From the NCBI GenBank assembly GCA_026708965.1, contig JAPOTY010000021.1, positions 80,182-144,181 on the forward strand: a stretch of DNA of 64,000 bases, written 5' to 3'. Shown here in pieces: positions 17,863 through 26,874 of the stretch (its first letter is position 1; each line of letters starts with the position of its first letter). The notes beneath the pieces are model-generated. The model was not told the DNA's origin and did no database searches. It saw only the letters and a list, made by a program, of their open reading frames with translations. This DNA comes from Gammaproteobacteria bacterium (lineage in GTDB: Bacteria > Pseudomonadota > Gammaproteobacteria > Steroidobacterales > Foliamicaceae). Made by a program: the position numbers and the translations under genes.

Positions 17863-19001
17863 AGCCCATTCGCTGCACAACCATGCTGGATTACTGCGAC
17901 GGCCCGCTGCTTTTCGAGGCGCGGGATCGCATCGGCGGGCACTATCTGGCAATGACCGTGGAGACAAGCGGAGGAGAGGACGAGTATGCGGTCGTGGGCG
18001 TGGAGCCGGAGCGGCTGCGCCAATTTCGCACGGGGTTGGTGGATTTGAGGCTTCTGTTTGAAGAAGCTGGGGAGCATGAGTGGTTCTTGGCCAAAGCGAC
18101 GGCTTTAGATGAGCCGCTGAATTTGCGCCCGCAGACAAGTGCTTTGTCGCGTAGCGGGCTTTTGCCTGAAGAGGGGTTTGTTCTCCCGTATATGCCGACC
18201 GGCGCATTTGTGCTCAAGGAAGCGAAGGCGCGCAATAATCTCATGCTTGAACTGGTAGTGGAGCCGCCGGAGTCAGCGACTGGCCACCGTGTTCGTGTGG
18301 ACACTTATGCGGGTTTGCTCAATCAAGTGCAAACAATGATGAAGCATGCCTATAGATCGGTGCTAAAAGAGCTTCCCTCTAGCTACCAGCCATCGATCCG
18401 ACCATCGGAAGCGGTGCTGATGGATGTAGTTGTGCCTGCCGCCGCCGGTTCCATGCGTGTGGTTCTCGAAGCCGCTCATCCGCCTGACCTTCTGGGCGGG
18501 AGCGAGGTTGCACTGGCACTGCACCGAGTGGACACGTTTTTTGAGAATGCTGCCAACCCCGACTTAGCGCTCGAGACGGCGAAGCATCATCGGGGGCATC
18601 TCGCCGGAGCTTACTTGCGGCTTCTGAGGTTCTTGGAACATCGGGAGACAGGTCTCAGCTATTCTTGGGCCGAGCCCGCTTCCGAGCAGGCGAATAGCAG
18701 AGCGGTATCGGCATCGGAAGCTGTGGCGCTTGCGCAGGCGCTTGCTAAGGTTACAAGCCTAGGAACCGAGGAGGTTGCATTCGCGGGGGAATTCATGAAA
18801 GTCAACCGTGACACCAGAGCATGGGGATTGGATACAGGGACACGTATCGAGACAGGCAAAGTCATTGACGATGGCCCGAGCCTCAATGGGCTTACGGTAG
18901 GCAGCCGGTACAAGTTCTTCTGCGTGGAAAAAATCGAAGCTGTCGAAGGCACGGGAAGGGAAACTCGGTGCCTTTATTTGCAAAAGTTTGAACGCGAATA
19001 G
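17859..19001 (+). CDS. hypothetical protein (380 aa), family unknown
   Basis: ORF 17805..19001 trimmed to Met19 (ATG 17859, gggaag SD, ATGA overlap with the upstream stop). No Walker, nuclease, HEPN, PIN, TIR or SIR2 motif seen. Confidence 0.7.
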   Translation: MKPIRCTTMLDYCDGPLLFEARDRIGGHYLAMTVETSGGEDEYAVVGVEPERLRQFRTGLVDLRLLFEEAGEHEWFLAKATALDEPLNLRPQTSALSRSGLLPEEGFVLPYMPTGAFVLKEAKARNNLMLELVVEPPESATGHRVRVDTYAGLLNQVQTMMKHAYRSVLKELPSSYQPSIRPSEAVLMDVVVPAAAGSMRVVLEAAHPPDLLGGSEVALALHRVDTFFENAANPDLALETAKHHRGHLAGAYLRLLRFLEHRETGLSYSWAEPASEQANSRAVSASEAVALAQALAKVTSLGTEEVAFAGEFMKVNRDTRAWGLDTGTRIETGKVIDDGPSLNGLTVGSRYKFFCVEKIEAVEGTGRETRCLYLQKFERE

Positions 19002-19173
19002 ATTGTCCGGCCTTTCATAATGGACGGATGATGGCGGTACAAGGGAATCCCGCATAAAACGGCTCGGATCGCAAGGGAACGGCTAGTGTCTATGCTGGCT
19101 GTGCGAGATAGCAAGATATCATTGTGTCTTACCCGGGCCGTCTCCGATCACAGCACCAATACGGACCGGTAGT

Positions 19174-20266
19174 GTCAATAATCTTTCGCACTTTCGCTTT
19201 AGCGGTGGTCCCGGTCCCTCCTTCAGGCTGCTGCGCAGGCGGCTTCCTTGTCCATCTCCGCGAGCAACCCGACATTCATGTATTTCCGCAATCCCCACTG
19301 GGTGGCCGACACGTGCCTTAGCCTTGCGGCGACGAGCATCAGCGCCGATTGGCCGTCCGGGAAGGCGCCGACCACTTTGGTTCGCCGGCGCGCCTCGCGC
19401 AGCAAGCGTTCCATCGGATTATTGGTCTTCAGCTTGATCCAGTGCTGCGAGGGGAACGAGCAGTAGGCCAGCGTCTCCTCGATCGCGTTTTCCACGAGCT
19501 CCGCCGCCGCGGCCAGCTTCATCGCCTTAAGCTTCCCGATCACGTCCCGGGCTTTGACCAGCGCGGCCGAACGGCTCTCCCGGGCGTGGATCGCCTTGGG
19601 CATGGCGGCCGCCTGGCGCACTTTCCTGCGCGGCACATGAGAGAACACGTTGCGGTGGAAATGCGCCACGCAGCGCTGCCAGCCGGCCTTGTCCTCCTTG
19701 CAGCCTTCGGCAACGCCCAGGACACGGCGGTGGCCCTGCGCGTCAACCCCGATCGCCGCCAGGACCGGGACGTTCTTGATCTCCCCGCCCCAGCTGCGCT
19801 TGAGCGCCAACCCGTCCAGATAAACATACGCGCACTCGCCTGGTTGCGCCAGCGCTCGATGTGCCCGTACATCTTGCGGTTGAGGTTGGACGCCGTGCCG
19901 GAAGACACCCGTGTGCCCCATGGGGCTTCGGCGGCGTCCTCCACCCGACGAACCGACACGCCCGCCAAGTACATCTGAACGATCGCCTCCTCGACCGGGA
20001 TGTCCCGGCGCCGATAGCGCTCGATGACCGCCGTCTCGAACGTCCGGCTACGCAGCTTCGGCACCTTCAACTCGTACTTCCCCGGCCTGCGTACGCAGCT
20101 TGCGCGAGCAGTGCCCCGCACGCGTGTCGATCCGAATCACCTTGCCCAATGCCTTCGTGCTATCTTGCTCCATGGTGGTCTCCTCATGGTCCGGTGGTTG
20201 TCGTCAAACAACCTTTCTGCCAGACCGAGACCACCGCCTCTGAAAAATGTGCGAAAAATAATTTAC
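19174..20266 (-). mobile_element. IS256-family insertion sequence remnant (about 1.09 kb) with recognisable terminal inverted repeats
   Basis: Ends gtcaataatctttcgcac...gcggtggtcccggtc (19174 onward) and the reverse complement of 20266 backward, gtaaattatttttcgcac...gcggtggtctcggtc, align as imperfect TIRs. No target-site duplication seen. Confidence 0.6.
19223..20173 (-). pseudogene. IS256-family (mutator-type) transposase, disrupted
   Basis: Two overlapping frames. 19540..20121 reads ELKVPKLR...MYLAGVSVRRVED. 19223..19921 reads YVYLDGLALK...LAAIGVDAQGHRRVLG...WQRCVAHFHRN...NNPMERLLREARRRTKVVGAFP. There is at least one frameshift near 19860-19920. The roughly 40 aa normally between KAGW and QRC are missing, and the N-terminus is shortened. 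Confidence 0.8.
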
Positions 20267-20631
20267 GTTATCCATGTTTCGGTGGGCATAGGTGGCCCTG
20301 GCGCTTTATGCGTTTCCTCTTTTACGCTGAAAGCTTCCCACTCGCCGTTACTCTCTCGCCTATAGATAGTGTCCCAAAACCAAGGGCCAGAATGATGCTT
20401 CGTGGGGTCATGTTGGAACGGGGGCACGATGGTTTGTATTGATTGGACTTCCGGGGCGATCCGCTCGAAGAGTTTGGTGCATCCTGTCATGTCGCAATAG
20501 CCCCTATTCCAGATCAGACCGGTTTGGTGCTCGAATGAGTAGCACAGTGCGGAGACAAAGCAATGAAGGTCGGGGTGTGGTTTTTTGTTTATCACGGTCT
20601 CTCGCCAAGTCTTATGAGCAGGCCCAAACAA
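20263..20631 (-). CDS. hypothetical 122-aa ORF (doubtful)
   Basis: TTG start only, with the first ATG at codon 48. Low GC. Lies between the hsdS stop and the IS remnant. No family recognised. Confidence 0.3.
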   Translation of the reverse strand: MFGPAHKTWRETVINKKPHPDLHCFVSALCYSFEHQTGLIWNRGYCDMTGCTKLFERIAPEVQSIQTIVPPFQHDPTKHHSGPWFWDTIYRRESNGEWEAFSVKEETHKAPGPPMPTETWIT

Positions 20632-20679
20632 CAGTATAAGCCTAGAGAAATTGTTCTGGGTACTGCTTAAGTTCTTGCT

Positions 20680-22257
20680 CTATAGGGCTGTAAGTAACGC
20701 TGACGCAAGAAAGCTAGCACGGCTGGAATTGATGGTTATGAGGCCAGATTCGATTTCGTCGCACAACGCCATCAATCCATCAACTTTGGTGACAATGCGG
20801 TGTTGCTCGGTGAGCGGTGGTATGGATATGCGTTCATTGTAGACATCCGATCGGCTAAGCCCAGGTTTCACGCCCTTGGCCAAGTAGTCCAAATTGAGCG
20901 CAGACAGAGATATATAGAGAAAACGAAGGCTCAAAAAATCTGGTACTTCTATGTAGTACGCGACATCAGTAGTCCATGACGGGCCGTTGCATATGTTGAG
21001 CGCCCCGGCTGATCCCTTGCGGCCCACAATAACGCATGACTGCTTTGTCAGTGGTTCGGTGGTATAGCCGACAATTCCATTGGAGCCGTAAACAGGTACC
21101 GGGCCGTCTCGTTTGCGTTGATTTGCTGTCAGTCCCTTGCCGTACCGGAAGTCAAGAATCTCGCCCAAGTTGCGGCTGCACCAGTTGACTGGGCGACTAA
21201 AGTCGCCGCCTTCGCCCTGCAAATTTGATCTGGGAAGACTTGCTGGCTTTTCACGATCCGGTCTCTGCGCCACAAGCTTGCCGCGGACGGCTAGGTTGAG
21301 GATGGTTTGGCGGAGATTTTTGATCTGGTCGGCGCGAGTTGTTAGGGCGGGCAGGGATTCGATGGCGAAGCGGGCGTGGGAGCGGAAAGTTGCTATGTTC
21401 GCGTTGGGTTCGCTCAGGCGGGCGAGGGTGGTTTTGGTCAGTTGGGCACGGGCTTCTTTGCGCTCCATGCGACCTTCTTCCAATCGGTCGCAGAGCGCCA
21501 TCAGTTCATCAACTTTGGCGGCGATTCGCTGCTGTTCGGCTAGCGGAGGCAAGGCAACTGGGATTTGGTCCATCCTGTATTTTGGCAAACCACCACGACC
21601 GGCACCGGTTTGCTCGTCAAGGATGAATGCTTGGAAGTACGGGGACAGGATCACATAGTGCAGGAACTTGCACAGTCCATTGATAGCAATACGGATTATC
21701 GAGACATGCTGGCTAATGTTTGCTTGGCCCAAGCTGTCTGGAACCAAACAGCAGCGGCCAATAGACCCGCCCGTGATATTCAGTAGGAGGTCTGATGATC
21801 TAACGGCTGTTCCAGACATCCGTTTGTGAGTTGCTGGATCAATATAAGCAACGTCGGTCAACCGTAATCCATCGTTGTGAATATTCTGGGAGCGCAGGAA
21901 CACTATTCCGTTGTCCGTGTACGCTTTCTTGCCGCCCCTCGGTGTGCTTCCCGAGCCTGTCTTGGAACAAATTTCACCTATCGTCGTTTTTGCCCAGCTC
22001 GCAGGGAGTTTGAACGGAAGTTGGTGCGCCGAATCAGAGTGTGTGCTGGAAGCTCTCGATACTCTTCCTTTGCCCTTCAGCCCAGCCCTCTTCGTGGCAA
22101 TCCGCTCAAGCAGTGTCCATCCTGGTTCGTCGTTTGGGTCCTGCTTCACCAGTCGTCCCCTGATAGCGAGATCAAGCATGAGACGGCGCAGGCGGTGAAC
22201 GCCATCAGGCGAGTCGGATAGATGGTCAAAATGAGCGAGCAGACGTTCCGCGTTCAT
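20680..22257 (-). CDS. hsdS: Type I restriction-modification specificity subunit HsdS
   Basis: 525 aa. Two variable target-recognition regions are separated and followed by conserved helices LPPLAEQQRIAAKVDELMALCDRLE and IPPLTEQHRIVTKVDGLMALCDEIE. Confidence 0.92.
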   Translation of the reverse strand: MNAERLLAHFDHLSDSPDGVHRLRRLMLDLAIRGRLVKQDPNDEPGWTLLERIATKRAGLKGKGRVSRASSTHSDSAHQLPFKLPASWAKTTIGEICSKTGSGSTPRGGKKAYTDNGIVFLRSQNIHNDGLRLTDVAYIDPATHKRMSGTAVRSSDLLLNITGGSIGRCCLVPDSLGQANISQHVSIIRIAINGLCKFLHYVILSPYFQAFILDEQTGAGRGGLPKYRMDQIPVALPPLAEQQRIAAKVDELMALCDRLEEGRMERKEARAQLTKTTLARLSEPNANIATFRSHARFAIESLPALTTRADQIKNLRQTILNLAVRGKLVAQRPDREKPASLPRSNLQGEGGDFSRPVNWCSRNLGEILDFRYGKGLTANQRKRDGPVPVYGSNGIVGYTTEPLTKQSCVIVGRKGSAGALNICNGPSWTTDVAYYIEVPDFLSLRFLYISLSALNLDYLAKGVKPGLSRSDVYNERISIPPLTEQHRIVTKVDGLMALCDEIESGLITINSSRASFLASALLTAL

Positions 22258-22610
22258 TCCTCCGGCGGTCCCAACTCCGAAAGTAGCATACGCACGATTG
22301 AGCCCAGTTCCGGAAGCTTATTCTGGGCGAAAAGCCAAACACGTTCAGATTCGACTACAGCGTAGCCATGGATGAGTAGGTTGCGGAAATCGACAGCCTT
22401 GCGCCACCGCGGTATCCGTTCGGCGATTTCGGGGCTGATTTGATGCAGGCGGTTCAGAGCCTCGCCAATGATTTCGAATTTGCGCTCGACGGCCGCTTGT
22501 GTTTGATCATCGCGGCTGTAGGCATGGCTGTTCATGCCCGCAATGTAGCGGCTGATGTCAGCCGCCGCCGATTCGATATCCGATAGTAGGGCGCGGGGGT
22601 CAGGCCGCAT
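22254..22610 (-). CDS. hepT: HEPN-domain (DUF86) toxin HepT
   Basis: 118 aa. RX4HXY motif RNLLIHGY. Overlaps the hsdS start by 4 nt and the mntA stop by 11 nt. Confidence 0.85.
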   Translation of the reverse strand: MRPDPRALLSDIESAAADISRYIAGMNSHAYSRDDQTQAAVERKFEIIGEALNRLHQISPEIAERIPRWRKAVDFRNLLIHGYAVVESERVWLFAQNKLPELGSIVRMLLSELGPPEE

Positions 22611-22911
22611 AGATGAGCTGGCGCGACTTGTTTATAGCCGCTTGCAAGTACGGATTTCTTACCGCACCCGATTCGACCAGATCGACCGGGCGACCCAATG
22701 TCTGGCGCAATGCTTCGGCGAAGTCGAAGTATTGTTCGAGCGGGGCTTGTCCATTGATGCGCCTGAACTTCACTAGGAAATCAGCATCGCTGTTTTCCGG
22801 GTCGAAATCTGCGGCACGCGCTGCCGAGCCGAAAATCTCGAGCCGCGCCACATCGTGGCTCCGGCACAGTTCAGCCAGTTTTTCGCGCTTTTCAGCGATT
22901 TCAGGATGCAT
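22600..22911 (-). CDS. mntA: minimal nucleotidyltransferase antitoxin MntA
   Basis: ORF 22600..22944 trimmed to Met12. Motifs RLEIFGSAAR and SDADFLV (GS...DxD). Confidence 0.85.
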   Translation of the reverse strand: MHPEIAEKREKLAELCRSHDVARLEIFGSAARAADFDPENSDADFLVKFRRINGQAPLEQYFDFAEALRQTLGRPVDLVESGAVRNPYLQAAINKSRQLIYAA

Positions 22912-22953
22912 CACTGATCCTCCTGCTACGGACGAAACGACCAATCCCGGCTA

Positions 22954-24405
22954 TTATCGTAGCAGCGCCTCCGCTAGGGCGTTCTTCAGCTGGTCGCGCA
23001 CGGCGCGCACTTCGGACTCGGCGCGGTTCAGTTCCGCCAGCAGTTTTTCGGGGTTGCCGACGTACTCCGCCTCCGTGTGCGGATTCTTGATGTCGAGGTT
23101 GTAGCCGCGTTTCCGCACGGCCTCGGCGCTCACCTTCCAGGCGCGCTCGCCTTCCTCGCGGCTTGCGCGCTCCGCGCCGCCCCACCAAGCCGCGCAATCC
23201 GCCAAGTGCTCCAAGCGGATGGGGCGGGTTTTCGAGTAGTGCTTCTGCCCCTCGGGCACCCGGTGCTCCCAGAACCACACTTCCCTGGTCGGCTCGCCTT
23301 TCTCGAAGAACAGCAGGTTGGTGCCGATGGAGGCGTAGGGCTTGAAGACGGAATTGGGCAGGCGCACGATGGTGTGCAGGTTGCATTCCTGCATCAGGCT
23401 TTCCTTCAGCCGCGCCTTCACGTCTTCGCCGAACAGCGAGCCGTCCGGCAGCACCACGGCGGCGCGCCCGCCGGCTTTAAGCAGCCGGATAATCAGGGCG
23501 AGGAACAGGTCCGCTGTTTCGCGGGTGCGGAAACGCTGCGGGAAGTTGGATTCGATGCCGTCCTCCTCCTTGCCGCCGAAAGGCGGATTGGTGAGCACGA
23601 TATCGACCCGCTCGCTCCTGCCCCAGGAGGTGTAGGGGCGCGCCAGCGTGTTGTCGTGGCGCAGGAACGACGGAGCCTCCACGTTGTGCAGCAGCATGTT
23701 GGTAACGGCCAGCATGTGCGGAAGCGGCTTCTTCTCCACCGCCCGCAGCGATGCCTGCATGGCGGCCTCGTCCTCGGGGCGCTTCACGTAGCGCTCGCGC
23801 ATGTGGCGCATGGCGCAGGTGAGGAAGCCGCCGGTGCCGCAGGCCGGGTCGAGCAGGGTTTCGCCGGGCTTGGGATCGATCATTTGCGTCATAAACGAGG
23901 TGACGGCGCGCGGCGTGTAGTACTCGCCGGCGTTGCCGGCCGATTGCAGGTCGTTCAAGACTTGCTCGTAGATATCGCCGAAGTGCTGGCGCTCGGCCAG
24001 GTTGTTGAAGTCGATGCCGTTGATCTTGTTGACCACCTGCCGCATCAGCTGGCCGGACTTCATGTAGTTGTAGGCATCCTCGAACACGTCACGCACCACG
24101 TTGGCGCGCGCGCCGGCGGCGGGCGGGAGCTTCTTGAGCGCCGGGAAGAGGTCGCCGTTGACGAAGCTCAGCAATGCCTCGCCGGTCATGCCTTCCGGGT
24201 TGGCGGCCCAATGGCGCCATTGCAGGCGCGCCGGGACGGGCGAGCGGTAGCCGTCCTTGAGCAGCTCGAGCTCCTGATCCTGGTCGTCGATGATCTTGAG
24301 GAAGAACATCCAGCACAACTGGCTGATGCGCTGCGCGTCGCCATCCACGCCCACATCCTTGCGCATGATGTCCTGAATGGACTTGACCAGCGCGCTAACG
24401 GCCAT
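22954..24405 (-). CDS. hsdM: Type I restriction-modification methyltransferase HsdM (N6-adenine)
   Basis: 483 aa. GEYYTPR, motif I DPACGTGGFL, motif IV NPPFG. Confidence 0.95.
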   Translation of the reverse strand: MAVSALVKSIQDIMRKDVGVDGDAQRISQLCWMFFLKIIDDQDQELELLKDGYRSPVPARLQWRHWAANPEGMTGEALLSFVNGDLFPALKKLPPAAGARANVVRDVFEDAYNYMKSGQLMRQVVNKINGIDFNNLAERQHFGDIYEQVLNDLQSAGNAGEYYTPRAVTSFMTQMIDPKPGETLLDPACGTGGFLTCAMRHMRERYVKRPEDEAAMQASLRAVEKKPLPHMLAVTNMLLHNVEAPSFLRHDNTLARPYTSWGRSERVDIVLTNPPFGGKEEDGIESNFPQRFRTRETADLFLALIIRLLKAGGRAAVVLPDGSLFGEDVKARLKESLMQECNLHTIVRLPNSVFKPYASIGTNLLFFEKGEPTREVWFWEHRVPEGQKHYSKTRPIRLEHLADCAAWWGGAERASREEGERAWKVSAEAVRKRGYNLDIKNPHTEAEYVGNPEKLLAELNRAESEVRAVRDQLKNALAEALLR

Positions 24406-24408
24406 TGG

Positions 24409-26874
24409 CTAGGCGGATTCCCGGTAGAGCGCGGACTGAAGGTCGTGGACGGCGCGCTCGAAGCCGCTCCTGCCGCCGAAGGCGCGCACCAGCTCCACCG
24501 GCGTGCCCAGCCGGTCGATGGGCGGGATTCTGAGCACGTTGGCATCGTCGAGATTGAACACGCCCTCGTCGGCGTACTTGTCGAGCAGCGCGGCGAGCAC
24601 GGCGCGGGCTTTCTCCCCGTGCTTTGCGAAAACGTTGCGCTTTTTCACGTTCTCGGCCCGCTCGCGGCGGGTGAGCGGCTTGGCGTCGAAGGCCACATGG
24701 CAAATAAGATCGAAGGGATCGAGTTTTCGGCCCAGTTCCTCCACCAGCACGTTCAGTTGCAGCCCTTCGGTCTCCATCTCGTCGATGATCGCCTGCTTGC
24801 GCTCGGCCGCGTTCCAGCGCCTCAGGAAATCGTCGAGGCTGGCGAAGCGGCGGCGCAGCGCCTTGCGGGTGAAGTCGCGCAGCGATTCGGTGACGAGCTT
24901 GCCATGCTCGTCGAGATATTCCACCCGCTCGGCGACGATCCTGGCGCTAATGCCATCCACGTAGATCTTTTTGATCGCCCCGCCGCCGCCGGGCTGCTCC
25001 GTGAGGAGGCCGGCCGCCGTCTCGTCGCCGCTGTCGATGCCGCCCCGCGAATCATCCCCGCTGGCCGCCGGCTCCTCGGTGTCGGGCGGATCCATGGGGT
25101 CGCCTTCCTTCGGCTCGTAGATCTGCGCCGGCTCGCCGTCGAACTCGGGATCGGCGAAATGGCTGGTTGCGCCGCGAAAGTCGATGAGCGTGAAATAGAG
25201 CTTGCCGGTATCCTCATGCACCCGGCTGCCGCGGCCCACGATTTGCTTGAATTCGGTCATCGAGCCGACATTGCGGTCCAGCACGATCAGCCGGCAGGTT
25301 TGCACGTCCACGCCGGTGGAAAGCAGGCGCGAAGTGGTGACCAGCACGGGGTATTTCGACTCCGGGTCGATAAAGCTGTCGAGCTGGGCCTGCCCCTCGG
25401 CGTCGCCGCCGGTAATTCGCATCACGTAGCGCGGGTTCCGGCCAACGAGGTCGGCGTTCTCGTTGATCAAAGCCTGTCGCATCCGCGCGGCATGCTCTTG
25501 ATCGACGCAGAAGACGATGGCCTTCTGGAACCGGTCGCCGCTTTCCTTGAGGAAGGCGGTGATTTTCTCCGCAACGATTTTGGTGCGCCCGTCGATCACC
25601 AGCGCCCGGTCGAAATCCTTAAAGTTGTAGATGCGGTCCTCCACCTCCTCGCCCTCGCGGTCCAGCTGGCCGCGCTCCGGTCGGTAGCCCTCCACGTCGC
25701 GGTCGATATGCGCCTTGATGACCTTGTAGGGCGCGAGGAAGCCGTCGCTAATGCCTTGCTTGAGCGAATAGGAGAAGACCGGCTCGCCGAAATAGGCGAT
25801 ATTGGACACGTATTGCGTTTCCTTCGGCGTGGCGGTGAGGCCGATTTGGGTGGCGGCGGAGAAGTATTCGAGAATTTCGCGCCAAGCGGAATCGTCCGCC
25901 GCGCTGCCCCGGTGGCACTCGTCGATCACGATCAGGTCGAAGAAGCCCGGCGAGAGCTCGCGGTAGATTTTCTGGGATTCCTCCGGCCCGGTAATGGCTT
26001 GGTAGAGGCCGAGATAGATTTCGTAGGCGGTATCGATGCGGCGGGCGCCGCTGCCGCGCCGCATGGCGTGGGGCATGTCGATCAAACGGGCGCCGCCGTC
26101 GCGCCGGATGGTATTGGAGCGCGTGGACAGCTTGGCCATCGCGCCGCCGAACGGGCGAAAATCGTTCACGATCGTTTGGTCCACCAGCACGTTGCGGTCG
26201 GCGAGGAACAGGATGCGCTTCTTGCGGCCCGCCTTCCAAAGCCGCCAGATAATCTGGAAGGCGGTGTAGGTTTTGCCCGTTCCGGTGGCCATCACCAGCA
26301 GGATGCGGCTCCGGCCCTTGGCGATGGCTTCGACGGCGGCGTTGATCGCGCTGGCTTGGTAATAGCGCGGCGTTTTGCCGCCGCTGTCGGCGTGGTAGTC
26401 CTGAAGAAAAACGCTCTCGGCCTCCGGCTCCAAGCCTTTCCATTGCCGGTAGCGCGCCCAAAGCGCTGCGGGAGAGGGAAACGCGTCAAGCGGCAGATCG
26501 GCCTCGCGCGGCGCGCTGGCGCCGGTGCGGTCGTGCAACACGAAAGCGTCTCCGTTGGAGGAGAATGCGAACGGGACGCCCAGCGCCTCGGCGTAGTCCA
26601 GCGCCTGCTGCATGCCGTCGCCAACCCCGTGCGAGTTGTCCTTCGCCTCGATCACCGTGATGGGAATATTCGGCTTGCAGTAGAGGATGTAGTCGGCGCG
26701 CTTCGCCTTGCCGCGAGCCACCAGCTTGCCCCGCACGATGACGCGGCCCTTGGTGAACGTCACCTCTTCGCGAATCTGCGCCATTTCGTCCCACCCGGCT
26801 TGGCGCAGGGCGGGCGTGATGAACTTGGTGCAAATATCGCGTTCGGAAAGGCCGCGCTTGTCGATCACGGCCAA
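24409..26874 (-). CDS. hsdR: Type I restriction enzyme endonuclease/translocase subunit HsdR
   Basis: 821 aa, TTG start. N-terminus ...ERDICTKFITPAL..AGW, helicase motifs MATGTGKT and VIDECHRGS. Confidence 0.93.
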   Translation of the reverse strand: MAVIDKRGLSERDICTKFITPALRQAGWDEMAQIREEVTFTKGRVIVRGKLVARGKAKRADYILYCKPNIPITVIEAKDNSHGVGDGMQQALDYAEALGVPFAFSSNGDAFVLHDRTGASAPREADLPLDAFPSPAALWARYRQWKGLEPEAESVFLQDYHADSGGKTPRYYQASAINAAVEAIAKGRSRILLVMATGTGKTYTAFQIIWRLWKAGRKKRILFLADRNVLVDQTIVNDFRPFGGAMAKLSTRSNTIRRDGGARLIDMPHAMRRGSGARRIDTAYEIYLGLYQAITGPEESQKIYRELSPGFFDLIVIDECHRGSAADDSAWREILEYFSAATQIGLTATPKETQYVSNIAYFGEPVFSYSLKQGISDGFLAPYKVIKAHIDRDVEGYRPERGQLDREGEEVEDRIYNFKDFDRALVIDGRTKIVAEKITAFLKESGDRFQKAIVFCVDQEHAARMRQALINENADLVGRNPRYVMRITGGDAEGQAQLDSFIDPESKYPVLVTTSRLLSTGVDVQTCRLIVLDRNVGSMTEFKQIVGRGSRVHEDTGKLYFTLIDFRGATSHFADPEFDGEPAQIYEPKEGDPMDPPDTEEPAASGDDSRGGIDSGDETAAGLLTEQPGGGGAIKKIYVDGISARIVAERVEYLDEHGKLVTESLRDFTRKALRRRFASLDDFLRRWNAAERKQAIIDEMETEGLQLNVLVEELGRKLDPFDLICHVAFDAKPLTRRERAENVKKRNVFAKHGEKARAVLAALLDKYADEGVFNLDDANVLRIPPIDRLGTPVELVRAFGGRSGFERAVHDLQSALYRESA

